A stretch of 64,000 nucleotides of DNA from Squalus acanthias (taxonomy: Eukaryota), in NCBI GenBank assembly GCA_030390025.1, contig CM059430.1:152334001-152398000 (forward strand), in the 5' to 3' direction. The notes beneath the pieces were generated by a model. The model was not told the DNA's origin. It saw only the letters and a program-made list of their open reading frames with translations, and made no database searches. A program made the translations under genes and the position numbers. This document shows positions 37,280 to 48,500 of the stretch, piece by piece. Position 1 is the stretch's first letter; every line of letters begins with the position of its first letter.

Positions 37280-39815
37280 TAAATGCAAACCCAGCAGCAA
37301 AAGTCTAAATTTTAAAATATAAATCAATTATTTTTCACTCTGATGTATCTTTTGATGTGGCATCATTATTAAGATACTCAATGACCTTTCCTAATCAGGA
37401 ATGCACACAAAAGAACTCAAGCCCTGATCCAGGCAGCTATTCCTTGCCCCATATTATACTTGGTGAAAGAAGAAACGCTGGGGGTGAGGGTCTCGCTGAG
37501 TTCTATAGATGTTGCATATTACAATATTGCTGCAGCATCAATTTTTCATAGTGAGTTCTCCAAATGCAACACATGCACAGTCTAGCAATAGAAATATCAT
37601 GATATTTCTTAGTTAAGTTTATGTAAAGTAAATAGACAACAACAATTTGTATTTATATAACGCCTTTAACGTAGTAAAATATCCATAGGCGCTTCACAGG
37701 AGTATTGTAAAACAAAATTTGACACCCAAGCCACATAAGTAGAAATTAGGGCGGATGACCAAAAGCTTGGTGAAAGAGGTAGGTTTTAAAGAGCGTCTTA
37801 AATGAGGAAAGAGAGGTAGAGAGGAGGAGAGGTTTAGGGAGGGAATTCCAGAACTTGGGGCCTAGGCGGCTGAAGGCACGGCCACCAATGGTGGAGTGAT
37901 TAAAATCAGGGATGCTCAAGAGGCCAGAATTAGAGGAGCACAGATATCTCTGAGGGAATTGTGGGGCTGGAGGAGATTACAGAGCTGCGGGGGGGGGGAG
38001 GGGGGCGGCGAGGCCATGAAGGGATTTGAAAACAAGAATCAGAATTTTAAATTTGAGGCTTTGCTTAATGGGGAGCCAATGTAGGTCAGCGAGCACAGGA
38101 CTTGGTGAGAGTTAGGACACGGCAGCCGAGTTTTGGATCACCTCAAGTTTACGTAGGGTAGAACGTGGGACTATTCCAATGCACTCTAACTGGGAATGCG
38201 TTGGAATAGTCAAGTCAAGAGGTAACAAAGGCATGGATGAGGGTTTCAGAAGCAGATGAGCTGAGGCAGGGATGGAGACGGGCGATGTTACAGAGGTGGA
38301 AATAGGCGGTCTTCGTTATGGCACAGATATGTGGTTGGAAGCTCGTTTCAAGGTTAAATATGACACCAAGGTTGCGAACAGTCTGGTTCAGCCTCAGACA
38401 GATACCAGGGAGAGGGATGGAGTCAGTGGCTAGGGAATGGAGTTTGTGGTGGGGACCGAAAACAATGGCTTCGGTCTTCCCAATATTTAATTGGAGGAAA
38501 TTTCTGTTCATTCAGCACTGGATGTCAGACAAGCAGTCTGACAATTTAGAGAGAGAAGTGGTGGTGAAGTAGAGCTGGGTGTCGTCAGCATACATGTGGA
38601 AACTGATGCTGTGTTTTCGGATGAGAGGCAGCTTGTAGATGAGAAATAGGAGGGGGCCAAGGATAGATCCTTGGGGACACCAGAGGTAACGATAAGAGAT
38701 TTAATGCAAAGTGTCCTACCTCACCTTCATATTTCTGCACTTCCATTTAGCCAAAATCAAGGCTGTAACATCTCCTACAGTAAAAGAACAAATTAATTGT
38801 TTGAGATACTGCTGAAGTTATGGGAGACCAATGGTAACCCCGTGGAATTTTACTTTTAAGTTGAGTTCTAGAAAAGTAATTGTTTTGTAGGGAGTACATT
38901 AGATGATGGTATAGATGCAAAGAACAGCTAAATATTTAAAGGGTTATTTCACTTGGCAACTACAACTTCTGCAAAGAAACCCAGTCAATTATCAGAGTGA
39001 GGGAGAAAGCGATCATTGCCCCATCCTGCATGTTAGTGGTGTGGTGAATGATACTGACATCTCACTATTTTGTTTATTCACCCATCTCGCTTAGCAGAGC
39101 TGTAAGCAGACGTCATGAAGCTCCCCAAAGGGACAACAAGCTGCTTTTTAACCCCCACACAGATTATTTACATTTTTGTTGCCAATTAAGTAGCATTTTC
39201 CAATTTACATCAGTTTAAATTTCAGTCACTATTAAAGACGCCATTTGACACCATTCCTTCAGTCCCTGATCCCCTGAAGGCAGCAGATGGCAAATACACA
39301 TGGAGTGCCTAGCAACGGGTGAAGTGGTTCCACTAGGTTTAAAGGGCTATGGCAACCACCTGTCCTCATGCAGACAGTCTCATTTTTGAGTGGGCTGCCT
39401 TAAAAATTCTAAAATGTAAACCCGGCAGCAAAAATGTCTGATTCTTAAAATATAAATCAATTCTTTTTCACTCTAATGTACCTTTTGATGTGGCATCATT
39501 ATTAAGATTCTCAGTGACCTTTCACAATCAGGAATGCACACATCAGAAGTCAAGCACTGATCCAGGTACCTATTCCTTGCCCCATTTTGGACCTGGTGAA
39601 AGAAGAAAGCCTGGGGGTGAGGGTCTCGCTGAGTTCTATTGATGTTGCATATTACAATATTGCTGCAGCATCAACTTCTCATATTGAATTCTCCAAATGC
39701 AACACATGTACAGTCCAGCAATAGAAATATCATGATATTTCTTAGTTGGGTTTATGTGAAGTAAATAGAGATCTAATACAAATCCTACATCATTTTCTTA
39801 TTTTTACACTTCAAT
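37280..39815. repeat. Local direct duplication of ~400 bp unique sequence (37280-37636 plus 38695-38750 vs 39410-39815)
   Basis: Colinear, e.g. ctgggggtgagggtctcgctgagttctat and gcaatagaaatatcatgatatttcttagtt occur in both copies; the first copy is split by an L2. Confidence 0.9.
37636..38692 (-). mobile_element. L2 LINE 3' part
   Basis: MNRNFLQLNIGKTE; (CAA)n tail on plus; same family as 30370. Confidence 0.92.
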
Positions 39816-40417
39816 TTCATTTGGACCACAGTTTTAAAGTACTGTATTAATGTTGGATAAACAATACAGGCAATGTCAGTGATCTCAGTTGTTTTGCATG
39901 GGAGGGTAAATATGACAGTTACAAGATAGGTCAATTAGCTATAAAACCTGACCAGCAGACCAGGTCCTAAGCACTCATGCTAAAAGTATTTTACCCATAC
40001 CAGTAATACATTTAATCGTGGGATATGTGGAACATTCTTTGTTCCAGTCCTACTCAGGTCCCCTCCCTCACCTCTTTTTCCGGTACATTGATGACTGTAT
40101 CGGCGCCGTTTCCTGCTCTCGCCCTGAACTAGAAAATTTCATTCACTTTGCTTCCAATTTCCACCCTTCCCTCACCTTCACATGGTTCTCTTTTGTTGTT
40201 TCCTCTCCTCCCCCCTCTCCCGGCCCCTACACTTGCTTAAAAACCTTTTACATCTTCAACTTTTTCCAGTTCTGACGAAGGGTCATCGACCTGATACGTT
40301 AACTCTGTTTCTCGCTCTACAGATGTCATGATGCGGAGATGCCGGTGTTGGACTGGGGTGGACAAAAATGAGAAGTCGCACAACACCAGGTTATAGTCCA
40401 ACAGTTTTATTTGAAAT

Positions 40418-40452
40418 TACGAGCTTTCGGAGCTCTGCTCCTTCGTCAGGTA
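40418..40452 (-). ncRNA. Minimal type I hammerhead ribozyme
   Basis: TAC-CTGACGA-A-GGAGC-AGA-GCTCC-GAAA-GCTC-GTA on the minus strand. Confidence 0.8.
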
Positions 40453-40956
40453 CAGTGAGGGAATACAAATCGATTACAAAGTATATATAGAAGTATGAAC
40501 GGACACCGCGCAACAATCGCCAGGCAGGATTGTTACCTCCCAGTCGGGGAACACTTCAGCAGTCAAGGGCATTCAGCCTCGGATCTGCGGGTTAGCGTTC
40601 TCCAAGGCGGCCTTCGAGACACACGACAACGCAAAATCATCGAGCAGAAACTGATAGCCAAGTTCCGCACCCATGAGGACGGCCTCAACCGGGATCTCGG
40701 TTTCATGTCACGCTACAGAACGTGACTCGACATCGTTGTCTGGTTCACAGGTGTGATTTCCAGTTTTTAAAAAAAAGTTAAAAGCTTAACTGCAGACTGC
40801 AGCATTTGACACGTTGGACCCCCTGTGACCCACCTCATTGTCTTAGCTGTACTCTGCTGTGTCTTTGATGTAATGCCTCCCTGACGGATTGTATCTCTGC
40901 AGACACATTGTTCTCTGTCTATATATACTTTGTAATCGATTTGTATTCCCTCACTG

Positions 40957-40991
40957 TACCTGACGAAGGAGCAGCGCTCCGAAAGCTCGTA
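40957..40991 (+). ncRNA. Minimal type I hammerhead ribozyme
   Basis: TAC-CTGACGA-A-GGAGC-AGC-GCTCC-GAAA-GCTC-GTA. Confidence 0.8.
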
Positions 40992-41222
40992 ATTTCAAAT
41001 AAAACTGTTGGACTATAACCTGGTGTTGTGCGACTTCTCATTTTTCTCTACAGATGCTGCCTGACCTGCTGAGTATTTCCAGCATTTTCTGTTTTTATTA
41101 TACATTTAATACAACCCCATGTAGTTTATTGTCCACTTGTAGCTCATTTCCCACTCATTGGTGGTCATCCTGAGATGTATCTGGACCTCTGTTCCCAGCC
41201 CACCAGTACAGAATGAGAGAGA

Positions 41223-41989
41223 GGGCTGGATTTTGTCTTGGGGTCGGGTTGGGGTCGTGTGATCAGCATTTCGTGTTGCCCCCCCGACTCCAGATTAATG
41301 TGGATGAATGATGCAATTTTAACTTAATTGGGCAATTGAGTTCCAGCATGTGGGAACCCATGAACCAATTAGTGGTTTCAGTCTGAAAGTCGCCTCTGAT
41401 GATGTCATCATTGAAGAGACTGCCTGGCCTTTGCTGTGAGTGGACCTGGATGCANNNNNNNNNNNNNNNNNNNNNNNNNNNNNNNNNNNNNNNNNNNNNN
41501 NNNNNNNNNNNNNNNNNNNNNNNNNNNNNNNNNNNNNNNNNNNNNNNNNNNNNNNNNNNNNNNNNNNNNNNNNNNNNNNNNNNNNNNNNNNNAGCAAGGC
41601 CAGGCAGTCTCGCTGCGACTTTCAGACCTAATACTACTACTACCTTCATCACATCTCTGTTGTAATACTGGACCTGCAGCTGATAGTCAGCTATCCACTT
41701 GTGCTCCCGCCAGGTTTCACTGGAGTGTTTCACATCAGGCGTACTTCACGTCGGAAAAGGGTTAAACTAGCTAAATCGTTTCAAAATGGCATTACAGAGC
41801 CAATTTAGGGCTTGTTAAGGGCTTTAATGGCCTCTCCCGCCTCTTGGAGGCGGGACGGAGTCGGGAACCCCGCGACTGATTTTGTCAAAATTGCGTGGAG
41901 GCGGGATGGGGTCGGGACCCCCGAATCTGCAACTTTAACCCCCCACACGCCTCCAAACCCGACTCCACGGGTCATTGAAAATCCAGCCC
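41223..41989. mobile_element. Harbinger-type element spanning an assembly gap
   Basis: Perfect 12-bp TIR GGGCTGGATTTT; 3-bp TSD AGA. Confidence 0.85.
41455..41592. other. Assembly gap (N run)
   Basis: 138 N bases. Confidence 1.
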
Positions 41990-43424
41990 AGAGAGTTTCA
42001 GAGAACAAGAGAAAGAGAGTAATCAACACATATCTTATGTGCGTGTGAGATAGCCAACCTGTTTCAAATATCCATCCTGTGATCATTTGGGTGCGTTGGT
42101 GGACCTTGGGAGTTCCAACCTAAGTCACTCTTCAGCTCCCTCGGCTGATCAAGCACACAGCTCCAGGTTATCTCCATTGGTAAATGCCTTTCATAGAATG
42201 AAAATACATATTTCAGAAAAGACGTGAAGTGTTGTGACAGCTTTTAGACATTATAATTGAGTTGGAGATACACAGTTTAATGAAAGGTATTCTGTTAACA
42301 TTTACGTTTGTTCAACTGAGAGGTTTAGTTCAGGCTTTAAATGAACTGAAGTCCATTCATTTCGAATACACTTCTGTCCCTATTGCTAGTCCTAGAATAC
42401 AGTTCTGATGCATTGTATTATCAACAGTGATTGCCTATCCGAGCAAATCAATAGTTGGGTATCATTAGATAACCACATATTCACCATTAATGCTGCACAG
42501 ATATATGGAAGGTTCAGGAAATCTTACCTGGCATAGATTAGGGAAGACCTGGGATATATTCACCTTCACTGAGATCTACGGAAGAGAGACAACTCGAAGT
42601 GAGAGTAATAGAAAGTATTGAACTCTTGAAAGTATAGCTTTAGCATCTCTGAGTGGAAATGAAGAAGAAAATAAATGAAATTCAGTGAAGAATTAATCAG
42701 TGATAATTAATTCTAAAACTAATGTAACTATAGATCCACATTTCTGTTATTGTTATGCCCTAAATAACTGCATGCTGTAGAAATTATCCTTCCAATAAAG
42801 AGAGTAAATACAAAATGGCCACATAAATTCATATTTTGGTTAATAACCAGTCGGGCTACTGACATGCTGAATTTAGTAGCCCAGTGAGACATGCTGTAGG
42901 CTAAGGCACTGATACTTGAGTGGATTCAGTTCATCTATTTTTGCAGCTGCTATGATTCTAAAAGCCATGATGTGGAGATGCCGGTGTTGGACTGGGGTGG
43001 ACAAATGCGAGAAGTCGCACAACACCAGGTTATAGTCCAACAGCTTTATTTGAAATCACAAGCTTTCGGAGCGCTGCTCTTTTGTCAGGTGAAGTGAAGA
43101 GATGCATATGGGCACAGCATATATAGTCAGAGAACACTGCCAGATGATTACAGTTAATCTTTCTAACTGCCCTTTATCACACCTCGGCAGAGAGATAATC
43201 ACGGCAATCAAAGGTGTGGATGGTGTCCAAACAGGTCAGTCAGGAAAACATTACATCAAAGACAATGAGGTGGGGTCACAAGGGGTCAAATGTGGCAGAT
43301 GCTGGGGTCTGTATGGAAAACAAAAAACTTTTTTTGCTGGAAATCACAGCAGGTCCGGCCGCATCTGTGTAGAGAGAACAAGCCAACGACAACTCGAGTC
43401 TGGATGACTCTACGTCAGGTGGGG

Positions 43425-44136
43425 TTACATGTAGCGTGACATGAACCCAAGATCCCGGTTGAGGCCGTCCTCATGGGTGCAGAACTTGGCTATCAGTTTC
43501 TGCTCGACGATTTTGCGTTGTCGTGTGTCTCGAAGGCCGCCTTGGAGAACGCTTACCCGAAGATCGGAGGCTGAATGTCCTTGACTGCTGAAGTGTTCCC
43601 CGACTGGGAGGGAACACTCCTGCCTGGCGATTGTTGTACGGTGTCCGTTCATACGTTGTCGCAGTGTCTGCATCGTCTCGCCGATGTACCATGCTCCGGG
43701 GCATCCTTTCCTGCAACATATGAGGTAGACAATGTTGGCTGAGTCACATGAGTATGTACCATGTACCTGGTGGGTGGTGTCCTCACGTGTGATGATGGTA
43801 TCTGTGTTGATGATCTGGCATGTCTTTCAGAGGTTGCCGTGGCAGGGTTGTGTGGTGTCGTGGTCGCTGTTCTCCTGAAAGCTGGGTAATTTGCTGCGAA
43901 CGATGATCTGTTTGAGGTTAGGCGGCTGTTTGAAGGCGAGTAGTGGAGGCGTGGGGATGGCCTTAGCGAGGTGTTCGTCGTCATCGATGACATGTTGAAG
44001 GCTGCGAAGAACATGGCGTAGTTTCTCCGCTCCGTGGAAGTACTGGACGACGTAGGGTACTCTGTTGGTTGTTTCCCGTGTTTGTCTTCTGAGGAGGTCT
44101 ATGCGATTTTTCGCTGTGGCCCGTTGGAGCTGTCGA
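43425..44136 (-). pseudogene. Penelope GIY-YIG endonuclease region, left arm
   Basis: Mirror image of 44137-45131; QTLRQRMNGHR...GLNRDLGFMSRYM. Confidence 0.9.
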
Positions 44137-45131
44137 TCGACAGTTCCGACGGGCCACAGCGAAAAATCGCATAGACCTCCTCAGAAGACAAACACGGGAC
44201 ACAACCAACAGAGTACCCTACGTCGTCCAGTACTTCCACGGAGCGGAGAAACTATGCCATGTTCTTCGCAGCCTTCGACATATAGAAACATAGAAACATA
44301 GAAACATAGAATCTAGGAGCAGGAGTAGGCCATTCGGCCCGTCGAGCCTGCTCCGCCATTCAATACGATCATGGCTGATCATCCAAATCCAGTACCCTGT
44401 CCCTGCTTTAATCCCCACAGTACACATATCCCACCCTACCCCCGTAACCCCACGTATTTAATTCCCCCTAACATATCCCATCCTATCCCCATAACCCCAC
44501 ATATTTAATCCCCCCTAACACTAAGGGTCAATTTTATCATAGCCAAATCAACCTAACCCACACATTTTTGGATGATGATGACGAACACCTTGCTAAGGCC
44601 ATCCTCACGCCTCCACTACTCGCCTTCAAACAGCCGCCTAACCTCAAACAGACCATCGTTCACAGCAAATTACCCAGCTTTCAGGAGAACAGCGACCACG
44701 ACACCACACAACCCTGCCACGGCAACCTCTGCAAGACATGCCAGATCATCAACACAGATACCATCATCACACGTGAGGAGACCACCCACCAGGTATATGG
44801 TACATACTCATGTGACTCGGCCAACGTTGTCTACCTCATACGTTGCAGGAAAGGATGCCCCGGAGCATGGTACATCGGCGAGACCATGCAAACACTGCGA
44901 CAACGTATGAATGGACACCGCACAACAATCGCCAGGCAGGAGTGTTCCCTCCCAGTCGGGGAACACTTCAGCAGTCAAGGACATTCAGCCTCCGATCTTC
45001 GGGTAAGCGTTCTCCAAGTCGGCCTTCGAGACACACAACGCAAAATCGTCGAGCAGAAACTGATAGCCAAGTTCTGCACCCATGAGGACGGCCTCAACCG
45101 GGATCTTGGGTTCATGTCACGCTACATGTAA
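44137..45131 (+). pseudogene. Penelope linker plus GIY-YIG endonuclease, right arm
   Basis: PPNLKQ, PC...CKTC, NVVYLIRC, WYIGET, RMNGHR, VGEHF, GLN motifs. Confidence 0.92.
44282..44572 (-). mobile_element. 5'-truncated V-SINE
   Basis: Near-identical to 49961-50235; absent from the left PLE arm. Confidence 0.9.
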
Positions 45132-45245
45132 CCCCACCTGACGTCGAGTCATCCAGACTCGAGTCGTCGTTGGCTTGTTCTCTCTACACAGATGCGGCCG
45201 GACCTGCTGTGATTTCCAGCAAAAAAAGTTTTTTGTTTTCCATAC

Positions 45246-45439
45246 TGTGGTAACACAATACAGCTTCCTGTTACTCGAACTTTATTGCATCACTTCCTGT
45301 GATTAGTCCAGGATAAATACTGGACTGAGCAGTTGGATCCTGGAGAGGCATAGAGTAAGACCTCTTTTGTATGTAGCACCTTTTTAGTTGATTAAAGCTT
45401 ACTTTAAGTTCACCACGCGTAAGGCTCATTCTTATGACA
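45246..45439 (+). repeat. 5' LTR (194 bp)
   Basis: Starts exactly where PLE homology stops; TGTGGTAA...TTATGACA imperfect terminal inverted repeat; ATTAAA at 45391. The 3' boundary cannot be confirmed without a second LTR. Confidence 0.75.
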
Positions 45440-45517
45440 ATTTAATCAACTTTGAAAAACTTCGCACTCAAACTTTTTGGACGAACTCGGAATTAAGGAT
45501 CCAGGGAATCACCCATC

Positions 45518-48500
45518 AGGGAAAACATCCTTAAACCATCGCGTCTTGACTTGGACCCAAACACCCCAGCAGCCGGTAAGGTGTGGAAACACTGGTATCG
45601 CACGTTTGACAATTTTCTCGAATATTGCAAGGCTGATGATGACACAAAGTTGCGGATACTCATCAACTGTGTCACTCCGAATGTATTTCAGTATGTTGAG
45701 GAATGGGGCAGTTACGAGGAGGCAATTCGGACGCTTAAAAGACTATATACTAAGACACCGAATGAGGTCTATGCCAGACATCTACTAGCTACAGCTCAAC
45801 AAGGGCCGGAGGAATCCATTGATAAATTCCTCCAAGAGCTTCGCAGACTTAGTATGGACTGTAACTTTCAGGCGGCCTCAGCTGAGCTGTACCGTGAAGA
45901 AATGATCCGTGATGCTTTCATCTGCGGGCTTGCCTCCCCATTTATACGCCAGCGTCTACTGGAAAGTAAGACACTTGAGCTTCAGAGAGCTTAGGACATG
46001 GCTTGCTCTCTAGATCTGGCAAAAAGAAATGCAGACCTTTATACAGTGCCCAGACCTCGGTCTGCTGCCTTAACTACAGTCAGGCAATTTAAGAGGCCAC
46101 AGGTGAACTCTATTAGGGAGGACTTTATCCCTGACGATCAATCTGATGACTTCACTGATGAAGAGGATGATGACCCCACTGTGGCAGCCTCTTGGCAATC
46201 TAAGAAATGCTTCTTTTGTGGTGATGAGTTTCACCCTCGGAAATTCTGCCCTGCTCGCAATGCGTTTTGCAGTCATTGCAACAAAAAGGGTCATTTTGCA
46301 AAGGTTTGCCTATCAAGAGCCTCTACGAGGGCTTATCAAGCTAAGTCCTACCGAACTGCCCCGGTAAGGGCCTATCAAGATGTTCCGGCTAAAATCTATC
46401 GTGCTTCCTCTCGGGTTTTCTCTCGAAGAAACACACCTAGAGTTTCAGCCACTCTTTGTGCAACGACACCAATTACAGCTGCTTGTCCTCAGAACCTATT
46501 CCATGCAGCTACAAAAGCATCAATTAATGGACATACTTTAGATACCTTAATTGACTCAGGTAGCACTGATAGTTTCATTAGGGAACAGATTGTTGCAGAG
46601 TTAAAGCTACATGTTTTCCCATCAGACCAGGCAATTGCGATGGCTCAGTCATCACTTAATACCAGAATTTCTGGCTTTTGTATGGTTGAAATAACACTTA
46701 ATGGTCGCAGGTATCCCTCCACCCGGCTTTCGGTGCTCAAGGACTTATGTAGTGATCTTATCTTAGGGCTGGATTTTCAAAAGCAGCATAAGAAGCTCAC
46801 CATTGAGTTCGGCGGATCCAAACCTGAACTCACTATTTCTAATATACGACCTCGATTACCGTTCTGTGCCTTGTCAGCAGCTTCACTGGATGAACCCTCA
46901 CTGTTTACCAGTATCCCTCCTCGATGCAAACCGATTATAACAAAGTCACGACGTTTCAGTCAGGAAGACCAGTCTTTTATTGCGGCTGAGATTTCTCGGC
47001 TTTTAGCAGAGGATATCATCGAGCCTTGTTCGTCGCCATGGCGCGCCCAGGTCGTTATTGTTAAGAACCCTCTACAACCTCACAAGAAACGGCTGTGCAT
47101 TGACTATTCACAGACCATCAATCAATATACGGACTTGGACGCATACCCATTGCCGCGCATCGATGATATGGTTAATAAACTGGCTGAGTACACGGTGTTC
47201 TCAACATATGATCTGAAAAGTGCCTATCATCAGGTACCCTTGAAGGTCTCAGACAAGCAGTATACGGCCTTTGAAGCCAATGGACGGCTGTATCAATTTC
47301 GTCGCCTCCCCTTTGGGGTCACTAATGGAGTGGCTGTCTTCCAGTGAGCAATGGATGACCTGGTCAAACAGGAAGACTTGAAGGATACGTTTCCTTATCT
47401 GGACAATATTACTGTCGCAGGTCGCAATCAGCGGGAACATGACGCCAATCTCCAACGATTTTGGGATGCACTCCAGCACCGTAATTTGACATTAAATGCG
47501 GCTAAATCCATTGAGTCATCAACATCCTTGGCTATTGTGTGGGCAATGGCATCATTAAACCTGACCCTGAAAGGCTTCGCCCACTCCAAGAGCTCCCGCC
47601 ACCTAAGAATCCGGCCTCCTTGCGCCGGGCCCTCGGCCTGTTTGCATACTATGCTAAATGGATTCCTAACTTCTCGGACCGAATCCAACCTCTACTGAAG
47701 GCCAGCACATTCCCACTAGACACAGCGGCTGTTGCAGCCTTTAACCTCCTGAAAAAACAGTTGGAGAAAGCGGCTCTTCACTCCATCGATGAGAGTCTTC
47801 CTTTTGTTGTTGAGTGTGATGCCTCGGAGGTGGCGATCTCGGCCACTCTGAATCAGGAAGGTCGTCCGGTGGCATTTTTGTCCAGGACTTTTCAAGGGGC
47901 TGAGCTACATTATCCTCCAGTCGAGAAAGAAGCTACAGCCATCATAGAGGCAGTACGGAAGTGGACTCATCTCCTAGCTCGCCAGCACTTTACCTTAATC
48001 ACGGACCAGCGATCGGTCGCCTTCATGCTCGATAATCGAAACGGACCAAAATTAAAAATAATAAAATCCAGCTTTGGCGGCTGGAATTGGCTTCTTTTGG
48101 TTACACCATCCACTATCGACCTGGCAAGGAGAATGTGGCTCCGGATACCCTCACACGAGCATTCTGCTCCGCCATGGCACCCTCTACGCTCGTAGACATC
48201 CATGATGGGTTGTGTCATCCGGGCGTTACTCGCATGCTACACTTCGTGCGGTCCCGAAATCTCCCATTCTCTACCGGGGATGTAAAGAAGATGTGCTCGG
48301 ACTGCAGAGTCTGTGCGGAATTGAAACCTCAGTTTTTCCGCCCCTCGGGTGGTATACTCATACATGCGACCCAGCCAATGCAACGGCTTAGCATCGATTT
48401 TAAGGGGCCGTTGCCCTCTTCAACTCGCAACACTTATCTATTGACCATGGTCGATGAGTATTCCCGTTTTCCGTTTGCCTTTCCCTGCCCCAATATGCTG

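Larger units (their letters stand above)
40326..41045 (+). mobile_element. PLE family A with inverted pLTR arm
   Basis: GIY-YIG C-terminus (MNGHR...VGEHF...EQKLIAKF..GLNRD); ~125-bp inverted ends; 11-bp TSD CTCTACAGATG (40315-25 / 41046-56). Confidence 0.9.
40016..41100 (+). mobile_element. PLE family B, internally deleted (RT fragment plus pLTR), host of a family A insertion
   Basis: FFRYIDDCIG Penelope-type RT motif; hammerhead-like CTGACGA...GATACGTT at about 40268-40304; tail resumes at 41046. Confidence 0.85.

Noticed and set aside
41263-41765. ORFs spanning X runs
   Set aside because: Artefacts of the N gap.
42521-42535. U1 snRNA-like ATCTTACCTGGCA
   Set aside because: Similarity stops after about 11 nt; better explained as a minus-strand splice donor.
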